Position numbers and translations under genes: made by a program. A DNA stretch of 63,383 bases, the filler included, from Deltaproteobacteria bacterium (GTDB lineage: Bacteria; JACQOV01): assembly GCA_016202395.1 (NCBI GenBank). It is 4 parts of 4 records of this genome, joined end to end, with 100 filler letters (N's around TTAATTAATTAA, not from the genome) between each part and the next. Parts side by side here need not be neighbours in the genome. Positions count along the whole stretch, not along the records: positions 25,509 to 52,262 come from JACQOV010000055.1; 3 more parts are not named here. One strand, given 5' to 3'. Every line of letters starts with the position of its first letter. Within the stretch, counting starts at the first letter, position 1. This document shows, piece by piece, positions 35,160 to 44,764 of this stretch. Under the pieces are notes generated by a model. The model was not told the DNA's origin and searched no databases. It saw only the letters and a list, made by a program, of their open reading frames with translations.

Positions 35160-35500
35160 AATTTTGAAGGAGCGATCTTTTCTAGAATGGTAACGAGAGG
35201 TGGCACATCCTGAGTCACGATCTGCCATAGGATATCGAAGTCCACGGTATCGTAACCGTGGATGAGTCGATTTCGCAAACTCACAATCTCTGGCCATGGG
35301 ATTTGGGGGAAACGTTCTCGTTCCTCTTTTGGGACTCGACTAGCCGCTTCTCCTATAATTTCAAGTAATCGGACAAGTGAGAGATTAAGCTGCCGGTCGT
35401 CGTCAAGATCACGTCGACTTTTGCCTCGAATCATAGCGACAACTTCTCTAGCATGATCTAGCATATGATGAAAAGGCACTAAGGGATCACGTCGCGACAT
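35156..35500 (-). CDS. HEPN (DUF86) RNase toxin
   Basis: LEIIGEAA, IPW, RNRLIHGY (Rx4HxY). Confidence 0.92.
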   Translation of the reverse strand: MSRRDPLVPFHHMLDHAREVVAMIRGKSRRDLDDDRQLNLSLVRLLEIIGEAASRVPKEERERFPQIPWPEIVSLRNRLIHGYDTVDFDILWQIVTQDVPPLVTILEKIAPSKL

Positions 35501-35783
35501 ACTCTACCTCTGCTTCTTCAAGCACTTGGTTACGAAAATAAGGGCTCAGAGAATGAGATGTGTTTAGATCAACCCTTCGGCCAAGGATTTGTGAAAGTTC
35601 GTCTTCCATAGCAAAGAAAGCTAGCCCAGGGATGTGCCCGGGTTCAAATTCTACTAAAATATCCACATCACTTTTAGCAAAGAAATCGTTTCTTAACGCA
35701 GAACCAAAAATAGCCAATTTGCGGATGTGATGTTTACGACAAAAAGCGGCGATCTTTACTTTGTCAAAAATAACACGGGCCAT
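35487..35783 (-). CDS. MNT minimal nucleotidyltransferase antitoxin
   Basis: FGSALRND...SDVDILVEF, GRRVDL; inverted repeat TCCTCTAAAT...ATTTAGAGGA upstream (35809-35835). Confidence 0.92.
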   Translation of the reverse strand: MARVIFDKVKIAAFCRKHHIRKLAIFGSALRNDFFAKSDVDILVEFEPGHIPGLAFFAMEDELSQILGRRVDLNTSHSLSPYFRNQVLEEAEVEYVAT

Positions 35784-35901
35784 TCATTCTCCTTTTCCCA
35801 AAGAATTCTCCTCTAAATCTATGCTATTTAGAGGAAAAGTCAACCCTATCTCGCAACCACTTTCTAGATTTTTCAATCTGGCTTTGGTAGATTAAAGGTC
35901 C

Positions 35902-38406
35902 ATGAAAAAGCTGTTTTTGATTGATGGGAGTTCTTACCTGTATCGGGCTTTCTTCGCCATCCCTTCTCTTTCCAATTCCAAAGGGTTCCCGACGAATGCG
36001 GTCTACGGTTTTACAGCGATGCTGCTCAAAGTGGTTAAAGATTATCAGCCCGATTATCTTGCGGTTGTCTTCGATAGCCCTGGCAAAACCTTTCGGGATG
36101 AGCTTTTTAAAGAGTACAAGGCGCAGCGCCCCCCCATGCCCGATGCGATGGGGGCTCAGATCCCTAAGATTTTTGAGGTGATTGACGCGTATCGGATTCC
36201 GGTTCTTAAGAAGGAGGGATTTGAGGCCGATGACATTATCGGAACATTGGTGAGTCAGATGCCCAACGATTTTGAGGCCATCATCATTACCAGCGACAAA
36301 GACATGATGCAGTTGGTCTCGGATCGAGTGACCCTTCTCGACACGATGAAGAACAAACGGTGCGGGATTCCTGAGGTGCAAGAGCGATTCGGGGTGGAGC
36401 CCGAAAGGGTGATTGAGGTTTTGGGGTTGAGTGGGGATGCCACGGACAATGTTCCTGGCATTCCGGGAGTGGGGGAGAAAACGGCGGTCCAACTCATTCA
36501 GCAGTTTGGATCGTTAGAAAAGGTTTTAAAAGCAGCGAAAGAAATTTCAAAACCAAAACTCCGAGAGAATCTTCTTCAATTTGCGGATCAGGCTCGGTTG
36601 AGTCGCACACTCTGCACCATTGATCGCCAGGTTCCGTTAGAGATCCATTGGAAAGAGATCCAGCAACAGTCCCCCGATCGGGCGCGTTTGACAGAGCTCT
36701 TTCAGGAGTTGGAGTTCACGCGGTTCTTGAAGGAGCTTGAAACCGAGGTGCCTCCAGAGGAAGGAGATCCGGTTCAGAAGATCGCGACCGCGGAGGAGGC
36801 GCGCTTGTTAATCCCGAAGATGATAAAAGCAGGGGTAGTCGTTGTTGTTCCGATGACCCTGGAGGGGGTTGTTTTTTGCTCGGGGGAAAAGGAGTTGATC
36901 TTTTCTCCCATTTTTAGAGAGGTCTTCAAAGATCTATTCAAAGAGAAAAGGCTTGTTTTTTGGGCGCCCAACGCCAAAGAGCTGTATCATTTTTTCCATA
37001 GCCAGGGGGTTCCAACTCCTTTCATTGTTTTTGATCCGCTGATTGCTTCTTATCTTCTCAACGAATCGAAAAGCCTCAGTCCGGCGTCGGCTCAAGGAGA
37101 TCCGGTGGATCAGGCGGCAAAGGATGCTCGGGAAACGCTTCGTTTAGGGAGAGCGCTCCTTCCAAAACTGGAAGAGCAGGGGATGAGTTCTCTATTCCAT
37201 GAGATCGAGATGCCATTGGCTCATGTGCTTGCTAAGATGGAACTTCGAGGCGTGCAATTGGATCTAGCTCTCCTGGACCGAATTTCTGAAGAATGGAGCC
37301 ATCGGATTGAGGGATTGCAGAAAGAGATCTACGAGCTTGCCGGAGAAGAATTTAATATCGATTCGCCGAAACAGTTGCGCGTGATCTTGTTTGATCGACT
37401 CCAACTCCCCAAGGGAAAGAAGACAAAGACAGGGCATTCGACCGATGTGGAGGTTTTAACCAAGCTCTCGGAGGTTCATCCACTGCCGGCAAAGATTTTG
37501 GAGTATCGCTCTTTTGTGAAATTGAAAGGGACCTATGTCGATGCCTTGCGGGAGCGGGTTGATCCCAAAACTCATCGGGTTCACACCACTTTTCATCAAA
37601 CGGTGGCGGTCACGGGGAGGCTTTCCAGCTCAGATCCTAATCTGCAAAATATTCCCATTCGCACTCCGGAAGGGCGTCGGATCCGACAGGCCTTTGTGGC
37701 TGAAGAAGGATGCGAGCTCCTCGCTGCTGATTATTCTCAGATTGAGCTCCGGATCCTCGCTCATCTCTCGGAAGATCCGGCTTTAATCGAGGCTTTTGAA
37801 AACGATCAGGATATTCATACTCGAACCTCCTGTGAGCTGTTGGGTGTGACTCCAGACCTTGTTACCTCTGAGATGCGTCGACGAGCCAAGGTGATCAACT
37901 TTGGAATTATCTATGGGATGAGCCCTTTTGGTTTGTCCAAGGAACTTAAAATCGAGCCGTTGGAGGCTCAAGTTTTTATTGATAAATACTTTGAACGTTA
38001 TCCCAAGGTGAAAGGATTTATTCAGGGGTTGCTTAAACAAGCTCAGGAAAGGGGATGGGTAGAAACGATGCTGGGGCGCCGGCGCGCTCTTCCCGATTTA
38101 AAAAGCCCGGATTATAATTTAAGGTCCTTTGCGGAGCGTGGCGCTATCAACGCTCCGATCCAGGGCTCCGCTGCCGATTTGATTAAGCTGGCCATGATTC
38201 GGATTGATCGAGAGTTGGAGGAGGAGGGGCTAGGAACGAAGATGATTCTCCAAGTCCATGATGAGCTGGTTTTCGAGGTTCCGAAGAAGGAAAAGAAAAA
38301 GGTGGAAGAGCTGGTGCGTCGGCAGATGGAGACGGTTTGCTCTTTGAAGGCGCCGTTGAGGGTGTCGGTGGGGTGGGGGAAGAACTGGGATGAAGCACAT
38401 GGGTGA
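35902..38406 (+). CDS. polA: DNA polymerase I
   Basis: LIDGSSYLYRAFFA 5'-3' exonuclease, TGRLSSSDPNLQNIP, ADYSQIELR, AKVINFGIIYG, QVHDELV. Confidence 0.98.
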   Translation: MKKLFLIDGSSYLYRAFFAIPSLSNSKGFPTNAVYGFTAMLLKVVKDYQPDYLAVVFDSPGKTFRDELFKEYKAQRPPMPDAMGAQIPKIFEVIDAYRIPVLKKEGFEADDIIGTLVSQMPNDFEAIIITSDKDMMQLVSDRVTLLDTMKNKRCGIPEVQERFGVEPERVIEVLGLSGDATDNVPGIPGVGEKTAVQLIQQFGSLEKVLKAAKEISKPKLRENLLQFADQARLSRTLCTIDRQVPLEIHWKEIQQQSPDRARLTELFQELEFTRFLKELETEVPPEEGDPVQKIATAEEARLLIPKMIKAGVVVVVPMTLEGVVFCSGEKELIFSPIFREVFKDLFKEKRLVFWAPNAKELYHFFHSQGVPTPFIVFDPLIASYLLNESKSLSPASAQGDPVDQAAKDARETLRLGRALLPKLEEQGMSSLFHEIEMPLAHVLAKMELRGVQLDLALLDRISEEWSHRIEGLQKEIYELAGEEFNIDSPKQLRVILFDRLQLPKGKKTKTGHSTDVEVLTKLSEVHPLPAKILEYRSFVKLKGTYVDALRERVDPKTHRVHTTFHQTVAVTGRLSSSDPNLQNIPIRTPEGRRIRQAFVAEEGCELLAADYSQIELRILAHLSEDPALIEAFENDQDIHTRTSCELLGVTPDLVTSEMRRRAKVINFGIIYGMSPFGLSKELKIEPLEAQVFIDKYFERYPKVKGFIQGLLKQAQERGWVETMLGRRRALPDLKSPDYNLRSFAERGAINAPIQGSAADLIKLAMIRIDRELEEEGLGTKMILQVHDELVFEVPKKEKKKVEELVRRQMETVCSLKAPLRVSVGWGKNWDEAHG

Positions 38407-38407
38407 T

Positions 38408-38532
38408 GCAAACGCAATAAATGACGTTATACTGCGTTGCTCTCCCTCGGCACTCGCTCAGCGTACGCTATGAAGTACGCTTCGCTCGGCCTCGGTCGAG
38501 GCGCCTTGTCTAACGCCATTTCTTGCGTTTGC
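38408..38532. repeat. 125-bp palindromic intergenic element (ERIC/MITE-like)
   Basis: Arms GCAAACGCAATAAATGACGTTA / TAACGCCATTTCTTGCGTTTGC; central AGCGTAC-loop-GTACGCT hairpin. Confidence 0.7.
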
Positions 38533-38560
38533 GGGACTTTTTAAAGCAAAGGAGGAATCC

Positions 38561-39151
38561 ATGAAGCAGATTTTTAATTTGCTATTTATTTTTTCAGCTC
38601 TCTTAATTGGGATGGCGTTGGGAGTGGTGGAGAAAGAGAACATTATTGAAATTTTGGGGGGTTATTTTGGGAGTCCGAATACTTCTCAGGAAGGATCCTC
38701 TCCTACTTCGGGGGGGACGACTCCAACAACAACGACCACAACCGTGAACGATGGATCGGCGATTCAGTTGATTCGTGTGATTCGAGTGATTGATGGAGAT
38801 ACCGTTGAGCTCGAAGGAGGAGATCGGGTTCGTTACGTCGGTGTCGATACTCCTGAGAGGGGGGATCCCTTCTTTGACGAAGCGACGAATCGGAACCGAG
38901 AGCTTGTTGAAGGACAAATCATTGCTCTGAAGATTTGCGCGGGGGAACCCAAAGATCACTATGGCCGATGGCTCGGTTGGGTCTACAAGGGACCCAGCCT
39001 TGTGAATGCGGAGCTCATCCGTGAAGGACTAGGGTACCTGATGATTATTCCCCCTTGCGGCCTCGACAAAGTGAGCGACCTGACTCAAGCTCATCTCCAA
39101 GCCCAACAACAACACTTCGGCCTTTGGTCCAATCACGAGCAGTTGGAGTAG
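38561..39151 (+). CDS. Thermonuclease (SNase) family protein, membrane-anchored
   Basis: VIDGDT, VRYVGVDTPE, DHYGRWL, NAELIREG, GLW; N-terminal TM and Ser/Thr linker. Confidence 0.92.
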   Translation: MKQIFNLLFIFSALLIGMALGVVEKENIIEILGGYFGSPNTSQEGSSPTSGGTTPTTTTTTVNDGSAIQLIRVIRVIDGDTVELEGGDRVRYVGVDTPERGDPFFDEATNRNRELVEGQIIALKICAGEPKDHYGRWLGWVYKGPSLVNAELIREGLGYLMIIPPCGLDKVSDLTQAHLQAQQQHFGLWSNHEQLE

Positions 39152-42100
39152 CCGCAGTCGAAGCAAGTGGGTTCTTTGCAGCCGCTCACAAATTCCACGT
39201 TGGAGCTGTAGCACTTCGGGCAGTAATCTAGGGTCTCCGCCGCGCTTCTTTCTTCTGCTTTGGCCTCTGTTTCCGGGGTGGTTGTGGTGTGTCCGTTTCC
39301 AGAGGCAGTTTTGCCGTTGCCCGATGGCTGTGTCTTCCCATTGGGGGACTCCGCGGCCTTCTTGAGCTTGCCTGTTTTTTTAAGATGCTCCCTCAAAACC
39401 TGAGAGATCGCGTGAGGAATGGAATCGACCCGCGTGGGGCCAAAACCGTAGGGGCGATCCCCTTTAGCGGAGTTCAGGTGTTTCAAGATCCGCTCGGGGT
39501 CTCCGCCGGTTTCAAAGTACTTCGACAGCAAGATGCCGATGACGCTGGTCAAACAATTGACCTCCGTTCCGATCGGTGGAATGTTGGTAAAGATCCGATA
39601 AGGGCCATCTTTGGTGTAGATGATATTCACATGCAGTGTCCCATAGCCGGTCTTCTTCTCGTAATATTCCGAGGTCACTCCTTCACTGAAATTAGGCACC
39701 TGGGCCTTGGACTCCTTCTTTTCGGTCTTCGTCGCGTGAAGATTGAGCACTTGCTGCGCCTTGCTCCCATCGCGATAAATCGTAAGCCCTTTGCAGCCGA
39801 GCTCGTAAGCAAGCAGGTAGGCTCTGGCTAGATCCTCGCGCGGCGTTTCGTTGGGGCAATTAATGGTTTTTGACACCGCATTATCCGTATGTTTCTGAAA
39901 TGCCGCTTGCGCCCGAATGTGTTGCTCGAATGAAACCTCATGAGAAGTTGCAAAGAGTCGCTGGATCTTCTCGGGGATCTCCGCAATGCCACGGATCGAT
40001 TTGTGGTTCTTGTCAATCTTATCCCACAAAACCTCAGGGCGAAGACCGAAATGGTTATTCTCTTCAGCCACCCGTTTGAAAAGGGGATTGATCTCGACAA
40101 AAGTATCCTCCGGAGCCGGCGTTTTCCCTTGCTTAACGGCATCGATCCCTTTGGCATTGTATCGGGTGTAAGAGATCGCGAAGAACGGCTCAATGCCGCT
40201 CCCTTGCAAGCCGGCTGCGATCGCGATCGTCCCTGTGGGAGCGATGGTGGTTCGAGCGCAGTTTCGGGGGCGGCGCGCCTCTCCGCGGAAGTAGGGGCCG
40301 GTGGCATCATAGATGCTCTGTTTGAAATTAGGGAAAACACCCCGTTCTCGGGCGAGGGTTTCGGAAGCCTCTAAAGAAGAACGGTTCATAAACTCCATGA
40401 CCTCTTCCGCTTTGTGAATCGCCTCTTCGGAGTCGTAGGGGACACCGAGTTTCACCAATGTCTCGGCCCATCCCATCACACCGAGGCCAATCCGACGATT
40501 CCCTTTGGCGATCTCTTCAATCTCAGGGATAGGATAGTTGTTCACATCGATGACGTTATCGAGGAAATGGATGCATTCGTAGATCGTTTCTCGAAGGCGA
40601 GGATAATCCATCTCCGGATAGCCATTCTGGATCGTGATGAACTTGGCGAGATTAATGGAACCGAGGTTACAGGGCTCGTTGGGCAGCAATGGCTGTTCTC
40701 CGCACTGCGTCACAACTAGCCCAGCGGCGACGATCGAATGTGTTTCCGGCTCAGTTGTACAGTATACATCCGTCGTTCCAGCGGGCTCGATGATGCGGAC
40801 ACAGTCCGTGAAAGTATCCTGGTTTGAGCGTCGCTGCTTCGTGCTGAGCCAAGCGAGGGCCTTCTTCTGTTTGGAGGGGGTAAGGAAACCTATCTGATCT
40901 AGGAAGCGGTCGCGGCTCGCACCGTCGAGCACCAGCTCGTACTGAGCGGCGTACTTGTAGAGCTTCGGTTTCCTGTTTGAGTCCGGCATCATCTTCTCTC
41001 CCGCCTTGCGGCGCAGATAGAGCTTGGCCACGATCCCCTCGTTCAAGAGCAGGAGCTGCACCTGCTTCAAGAGCTGCTTGGAGCTGTTGGCCAGGCGGAC
41101 GGAACAGGAGGCCTTGTGCGCCGACACGTTCACTGTGCCATCGGCGGTGAACAGGGCCGAGAGAAAACCGAGCACGGCCTCCCGCGGCGCACTCCAGATC
41201 GCTTCAGGGACTTCCTTGAGAAGGCCGTCGGGTTCGTGCAGCCCGAGGCTCTTAAGGAAATAATAGGCCCCGGACTTGTAGTAGAGGGCCAGGCTCCCGT
41301 TGCGCTCGATCGCGGTCCCCTCCATGCCGAGCCATGCCTTCAGGAGCGCCTGGAACTTGGGGGCGAGGCACCGCTTCTCCTCGTCGCCAAACATGAGCCC
41401 CACGGTGTGATTGGGGACGCTCCGCCCCTCCGGAGTCTCGGAGCTCACCCAGCCATCCCCCACGGCCCAGCCGAGAAGCTCGCCGAGCTCACGGCTCCAT
41501 TTCTTCGGAGGGTTGGCCTCCCCGCGCTCGATCCTTGCACGGAGTTTGTCCTCGGGGAGGAACGGCGGCAGCGCATCGTTGCTGTTCCACGCTCCGGCGC
41601 CGGACTGGATCAGAATCTCGTCGTCTGGCCGAAGGTCCTTGAGCTCCACAGGGCCGGTTGGGGTGAAGAACTTGTGGTCCGCGGTCGCCGTCACCTCGAG
41701 GCCGTGCTCAGTCTCCAGACGGAACACCGGCCAGTCTTTACGGGTCTTGAAGACTGGGAGGGCCCGACGGAGCGTCACCCCTGTTTCCATTTGGTAGGCC
41801 AAGGCGGTGTTCCCGACCGCGTAGGTGGCTCGGGCGGTTAGGACACGGTTGTCCGTGGCAACCGAGATTTCCGTCTGCTCCTGGTACAGCTTATCGAAGG
41901 TGAGAAGGCCGCAGTCGGTGGCGAGCCGCACGTCCCCCGCAAAGCAGGGATTGGTGGCTTCGATTGGGCCGATCGCAGGAGTTGGATTAGATCCCGAGTC
42001 GTTGATCCGATCGAGAACGACATAACCCGGATCCCCAGATCTCCAAGCGCCATCAATAATAAGATTGAAAAGCTCGCGAGCCTTCATCTTTCCGGCCGGT

Positions 42101-43008
42101 TTCTGATTGCGTGGATTGATGAGATCGAATTCTCCATCTTCTTTAAGGGCATTGATAAATTTAGAATCAATTCCCACAGAAATATTAAAGTTCTCCAACA
42201 CGCCAGGGGTATTTTTCATCGTGACGAAGTCGACGATGTTGGGATGGGTGTACGGGAGGATCGCCATATTGGCGCCGCGTCGAGTCCCTCCTTGTTTCAC
42301 TTGCTCTGTGGCAATATCGAAAATTTTCATGAACGAGAGGGGGCCGGAGGCAATCCCTTTAGTGCTTTTTACTTCATCGTTTTGTGGACGGAGACGACCG
42401 AATGAAAAACCGGTTCCACCTCCGCTTTGATGAATCAAAGCCTGATTTTTCACCGATTCAAAGATCCCTTCCATGCTGTCGGGGACGGGAAGAACGTAGC
42501 AGGCCGAGAGTTGTTGAAGCTGTCGTCCCGCATTCATGAGCGTGGGAGAGTTTGGGAGAAAATAAAAGTTGGCAAGGAGACGGTAGAATCTTCGAGTAGC
42601 CTCTTCAACAATCTCTCTCCCCTCAGGATCGTTCTCGGCAATGTCGTAGAGATTTTTGAGAAAGCGACTAAAGTTCTCTGTTCGCTCCGAGGGGGTCTGA
42701 TCCTTTCGATGAAGAAGGAACGTCTCCACCACCCCCCCTTGAGGGTCCTCTTTAGTGACGATTTGGCAACGGATCCCCTCAAAAATTTTCTTGCGGGAGA
42801 TCTTCGAATGGTAAAGAAGATCTACCAGGGCGATGTTTCGAGCGACCCCCTCTAGCCACGCCTCTACACTGGGGGCATCTTTGAGATACTTGTCTTTAAT
42901 CACCTTGAGTTGATTCTCTGTGAGTTGGATCGGCGCCTGTGCTCCCTTGGGGATTGCGTTGGATGGGACTTCCAACGGCGCCTCTTTTAACAGCTCATCG
43001 TTTTGCAT
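39133..43008 (-). CDS. nrdJ: Class II (adenosylcobalamin-dependent) ribonucleotide reductase with intein
   Basis: PNSPTLMNAG, LSACYV, QGGTRRGANM, TNP|CGEQPL, CNLGSIN, TIAPTGT, YRDGS, TSCPD-like and CPKC/CFDC tail; start at MQND after a GAGG RBS. Confidence 0.95.
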   Translation of the reverse strand: MQNDELLKEAPLEVPSNAIPKGAQAPIQLTENQLKVIKDKYLKDAPSVEAWLEGVARNIALVDLLYHSKISRKKIFEGIRCQIVTKEDPQGGVVETFLLHRKDQTPSERTENFSRFLKNLYDIAENDPEGREIVEEATRRFYRLLANFYFLPNSPTLMNAGRQLQQLSACYVLPVPDSMEGIFESVKNQALIHQSGGGTGFSFGRLRPQNDEVKSTKGIASGPLSFMKIFDIATEQVKQGGTRRGANMAILPYTHPNIVDFVTMKNTPGVLENFNISVGIDSKFINALKEDGEFDLINPRNQKPAGKMKARELFNLIIDGAWRSGDPGYVVLDRINDSGSNPTPAIGPIEATNPCFAGDVRLATDCGLLTFDKLYQEQTEISVATDNRVLTARATYAVGNTALAYQMETGVTLRRALPVFKTRKDWPVFRLETEHGLEVTATADHKFFTPTGPVELKDLRPDDEILIQSGAGAWNSNDALPPFLPEDKLRARIERGEANPPKKWSRELGELLGWAVGDGWVSSETPEGRSVPNHTVGLMFGDEEKRCLAPKFQALLKAWLGMEGTAIERNGSLALYYKSGAYYFLKSLGLHEPDGLLKEVPEAIWSAPREAVLGFLSALFTADGTVNVSAHKASCSVRLANSSKQLLKQVQLLLLNEGIVAKLYLRRKAGEKMMPDSNRKPKLYKYAAQYELVLDGASRDRFLDQIGFLTPSKQKKALAWLSTKQRRSNQDTFTDCVRIIEPAGTTDVYCTTEPETHSIVAAGLVVTQCGEQPLLPNEPCNLGSINLAKFITIQNGYPEMDYPRLRETIYECIHFLDNVIDVNNYPIPEIEEIAKGNRRIGLGVMGWAETLVKLGVPYDSEEAIHKAEEVMEFMNRSSLEASETLARERGVFPNFKQSIYDATGPYFRGEARRPRNCARTTIAPTGTIAIAAGLQGSGIEPFFAISYTRYNAKGIDAVKQGKTPAPEDTFVEINPLFKRVAEENNHFGLRPEVLWDKIDKNHKSIRGIAEIPEKIQRLFATSHEVSFEQHIRAQAAFQKHTDNAVSKTINCPNETPREDLARAYLLAYELGCKGLTIYRDGSKAQQVLNLHATKTEKKESKAQVPNFSEGVTSEYYEKKTGYGTLHVNIIYTKDGPYRIFTNIPPIGTEVNCLTSVIGILLSKYFETGGDPERILKHLNSAKGDRPYGFGPTRVDSIPHAISQVLREHLKKTGKLKKAAESPNGKTQPSGNGKTASGNGHTTTTPETEAKAEERSAAETLDYCPKCYSSNVEFVSGCKEPTCFDCGYSNCS
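40705..41946 (-). mobile_element. 414-aa intein with LAGLIDADG homing endonuclease, in the NrdJ active-site motif
   Basis: N-terminal CFAGD, block B TADHKF, LLGWAVGDG and FLSALFTADG motifs, C-terminal VYC...HSIVAAGLVVTQ followed by Cys+1. Removing it restores ATNP-CGEQPL. Confidence 0.93.
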
Positions 43009-43111
43009 TGCGATTTCCTCCTTGACCATGTTTTTGAAAAAAGAACCCCCTTCGCGAGGCCCTACCACTTAATTCTCTGAACGAATCCAGAAGATGTAGC
43101 TGAAGACCGGA

Positions 43112-43159
43112 ACAGACTATCTAGTGGATGTTTTCAATATAAGCCCCCACATATTGGGT
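43112..43159. promoter_or_regulatory. Tandem NrdR boxes upstream of nrdJ
   Basis: ACAGACTATCTAGTGG and CCCCCACATATTGGGT, 32 bp apart, resembling the acaCwAtATaTwGtg consensus. Confidence 0.7.
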
Positions 43160-43240
43160 GTCAAGTGAATTTTGACGACACAGAGCGTCAATTCTTGAAA
43201 GTTGACAGGAGAGTGAAGATGGGCTTAGTATTCAAGCGCC

Positions 43241-43915
43241 ATGCCATTTTATTTTATCACGTTTTTGTTCATGGTCAGTCTCATTTTTCAGGGATTCGGT
43301 AACGATTTCCCTTCTTCTTTGGCGCAGGCGCCGGACAAAGCGGCAAGCTTTGTGATTGTTCCAGAAAAAAGTTGGATTCGATTCGATGCGAAGGCTCCCC
43401 TTCATAAATTCTCTGGAATCACGCACCAGGTTTCTGGCGAGATGAGTGGCATTCCAAGAACACTCCAAAAAACAGGAAAAGGAAAAGTGGTGTTGGAGGC
43501 CGTCACATTAGATACCGATATCGGAGCGCGCAACAAAAAAATGCGATCCCTTTTAGAGACCGACCGTTACCCGAAGATCCAGTTTACACTCGATTCCGTC
43601 GAGTCCATCGATGAGAAAGAGATTCAGCAAGGGAATCTCCGTTTAGTTGTTCGGGGTCAGTTAATCGTGCGCGGAGTGACACAAGAGATTCGATCTGAAA
43701 TCCACGTCGAGTTTAAAGAGGAGAGGCTCCACATTCATGGGAACTTCCCCACAAAAATGACCGATTTTGGCATCGATCCTCCCCGTATCTTGGGTGTGAG
43801 CGTACAGGACGAGGTCTCCGTTGTTTTCGATCTTTTAGCTCTTCCCGATGAGGCCACACGCCGAGCCTACGCGCCGTATTTTCCAAAAAAGTCCACCAGG
43901 GGTTCTGGATTCTAA
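43241..43915 (+). CDS. YceI-family lipid/polyisoprenoid-binding protein
   Basis: S.IRF, LDTDIGARN, LETDRYPKIQF, GQLIVRGVT, DFGIDPP; signal-like N-terminus. Confidence 0.88.
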   Translation: MPFYFITFLFMVSLIFQGFGNDFPSSLAQAPDKAASFVIVPEKSWIRFDAKAPLHKFSGITHQVSGEMSGIPRTLQKTGKGKVVLEAVTLDTDIGARNKKMRSLLETDRYPKIQFTLDSVESIDEKEIQQGNLRLVVRGQLIVRGVTQEIRSEIHVEFKEERLHIHGNFPTKMTDFGIDPPRILGVSVQDEVSVVFDLLALPDEATRRAYAPYFPKKSTRGSGF

Positions 43916-43917
43916 GA

Positions 43918-43943
43918 ATGAAGAGGCATATCCTTTAGGCTGC
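43918..43943 (+). repeat. 26-bp direct repeat upstream of a TA module (identical copy at 46110-46135)
   Basis: ATGAAGAGGCATATCCTTTAGGCTGC in both places. Confidence 0.9.
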
Positions 43944-43988
43944 TGCGGCTGTGTTGACATTTTGAGTAGGAATTCATACTATTTAAGT

Positions 43989-44222
43989 ATGAAAATGATT
44001 GTTTCTGAAAAAGGGCAGGTGACGATTCCAAAAGCTCTGAGAGATGGACTGGGGATTCACCCTGGACAAGTTCTTGATTTTTATGAGAAAAACGGACATC
44101 TAGTGGCAGCCAAATTAATGCCGGAAGGGAATCCCGTCGATTCTGTTTATGGGATTTTGGATCTTAAGAAGACGACCGATGATCTCATTCCTATTTTGCG
44201 GGGGGAGAAAGATGCCGTATGA
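43989..44222 (+). CDS. AbrB/MazE/SpoVT-family antitoxin
   Basis: VSEKGQVTIPKALRDGLGI.PG; TTGACA-N17-TACTAT promoter (43954-43982). Confidence 0.9.
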   Translation: MKMIVSEKGQVTIPKALRDGLGIHPGQVLDFYEKNGHLVAAKLMPEGNPVDSVYGILDLKKTTDDLIPILRGEKDAV

Positions 44223-44629
44223 TTACCGCCATTGATACCAGCGTATTGCTCGACGTTTTTGGCGCAGATCCTAGATTCGGAGTTTTATCGGGAGCCGCTC
44301 TTCGGCATTGTTTTCAACAAGGGGGGCTCCTTGCGTGTGAAGCTGTTTGGGCCGAGGTCGCCAGTTTTTTCCCATCTTCAGACTCCGTTCAGAAAGCGAT
44401 GAAACAGCTTGGGGTCCAGTTTAGTCCGATCGAGCTCGAGGCGACATTGACGGCTGGAGATAGTTGGAAAATCTATCGGTCGAAAGGTGGCAAGAGAACG
44501 CGCGTCGTTGCGGACTTTTTGATTGGTTCTCATGCTCTTCACCAGGCCGATCGATTGCTCACACGCGACCGAGGCTTTTACCGAACCTATTTCAAAGGAC
44601 TTAAGATTTTGGATCCGGCCGCAGAGTAG
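44219..44629 (+). CDS. vapC: PIN-domain VapC toxin
   Basis: AIDTSVLLD, AEV, ADFLIG.HA, LLTRD. Confidence 0.9.
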   Translation: MITAIDTSVLLDVFGADPRFGVLSGAALRHCFQQGGLLACEAVWAEVASFFPSSDSVQKAMKQLGVQFSPIELEATLTAGDSWKIYRSKGGKRTRVVADFLIGSHALHQADRLLTRDRGFYRTYFKGLKILDPAAE

Positions 44630-44664
44630 CGAAAGGGAATCTCAATCGCGACGCCCGCCTCGTC

Positions 44665-44691
44665 GGCTGAGAGAACATTACCAGATGCCGA
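44665..44691 (+). repeat. 27-bp direct repeat downstream of a TA module (copy at 46790-46816)
   Basis: GGCTGAGAGAACATTACCAG(A/C)TGCCGA, 26/27 identical; the second copy contains the stop codon of the 1026-aa fibre gene. Confidence 0.88.
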
Positions 44692-44764
44692 CGAGGTCGC
44701 CATAGTTTTTAACCTCGTCGCTTTGCCCGATCCCGCTACCCGCCAAAGCTATTCCGAGTATTTT

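Noticed and set aside
35160..35297. N-terminal extension of the dehydrogenase (likewise the extended starts listed for mlaF, dapL, abrB, abiEii, and cartridges 2 and 5)
   Set aside because: The extensions overlap upstream genes or repeats; downstream starts with an RBS or ATGA coupling match the family N-termini.
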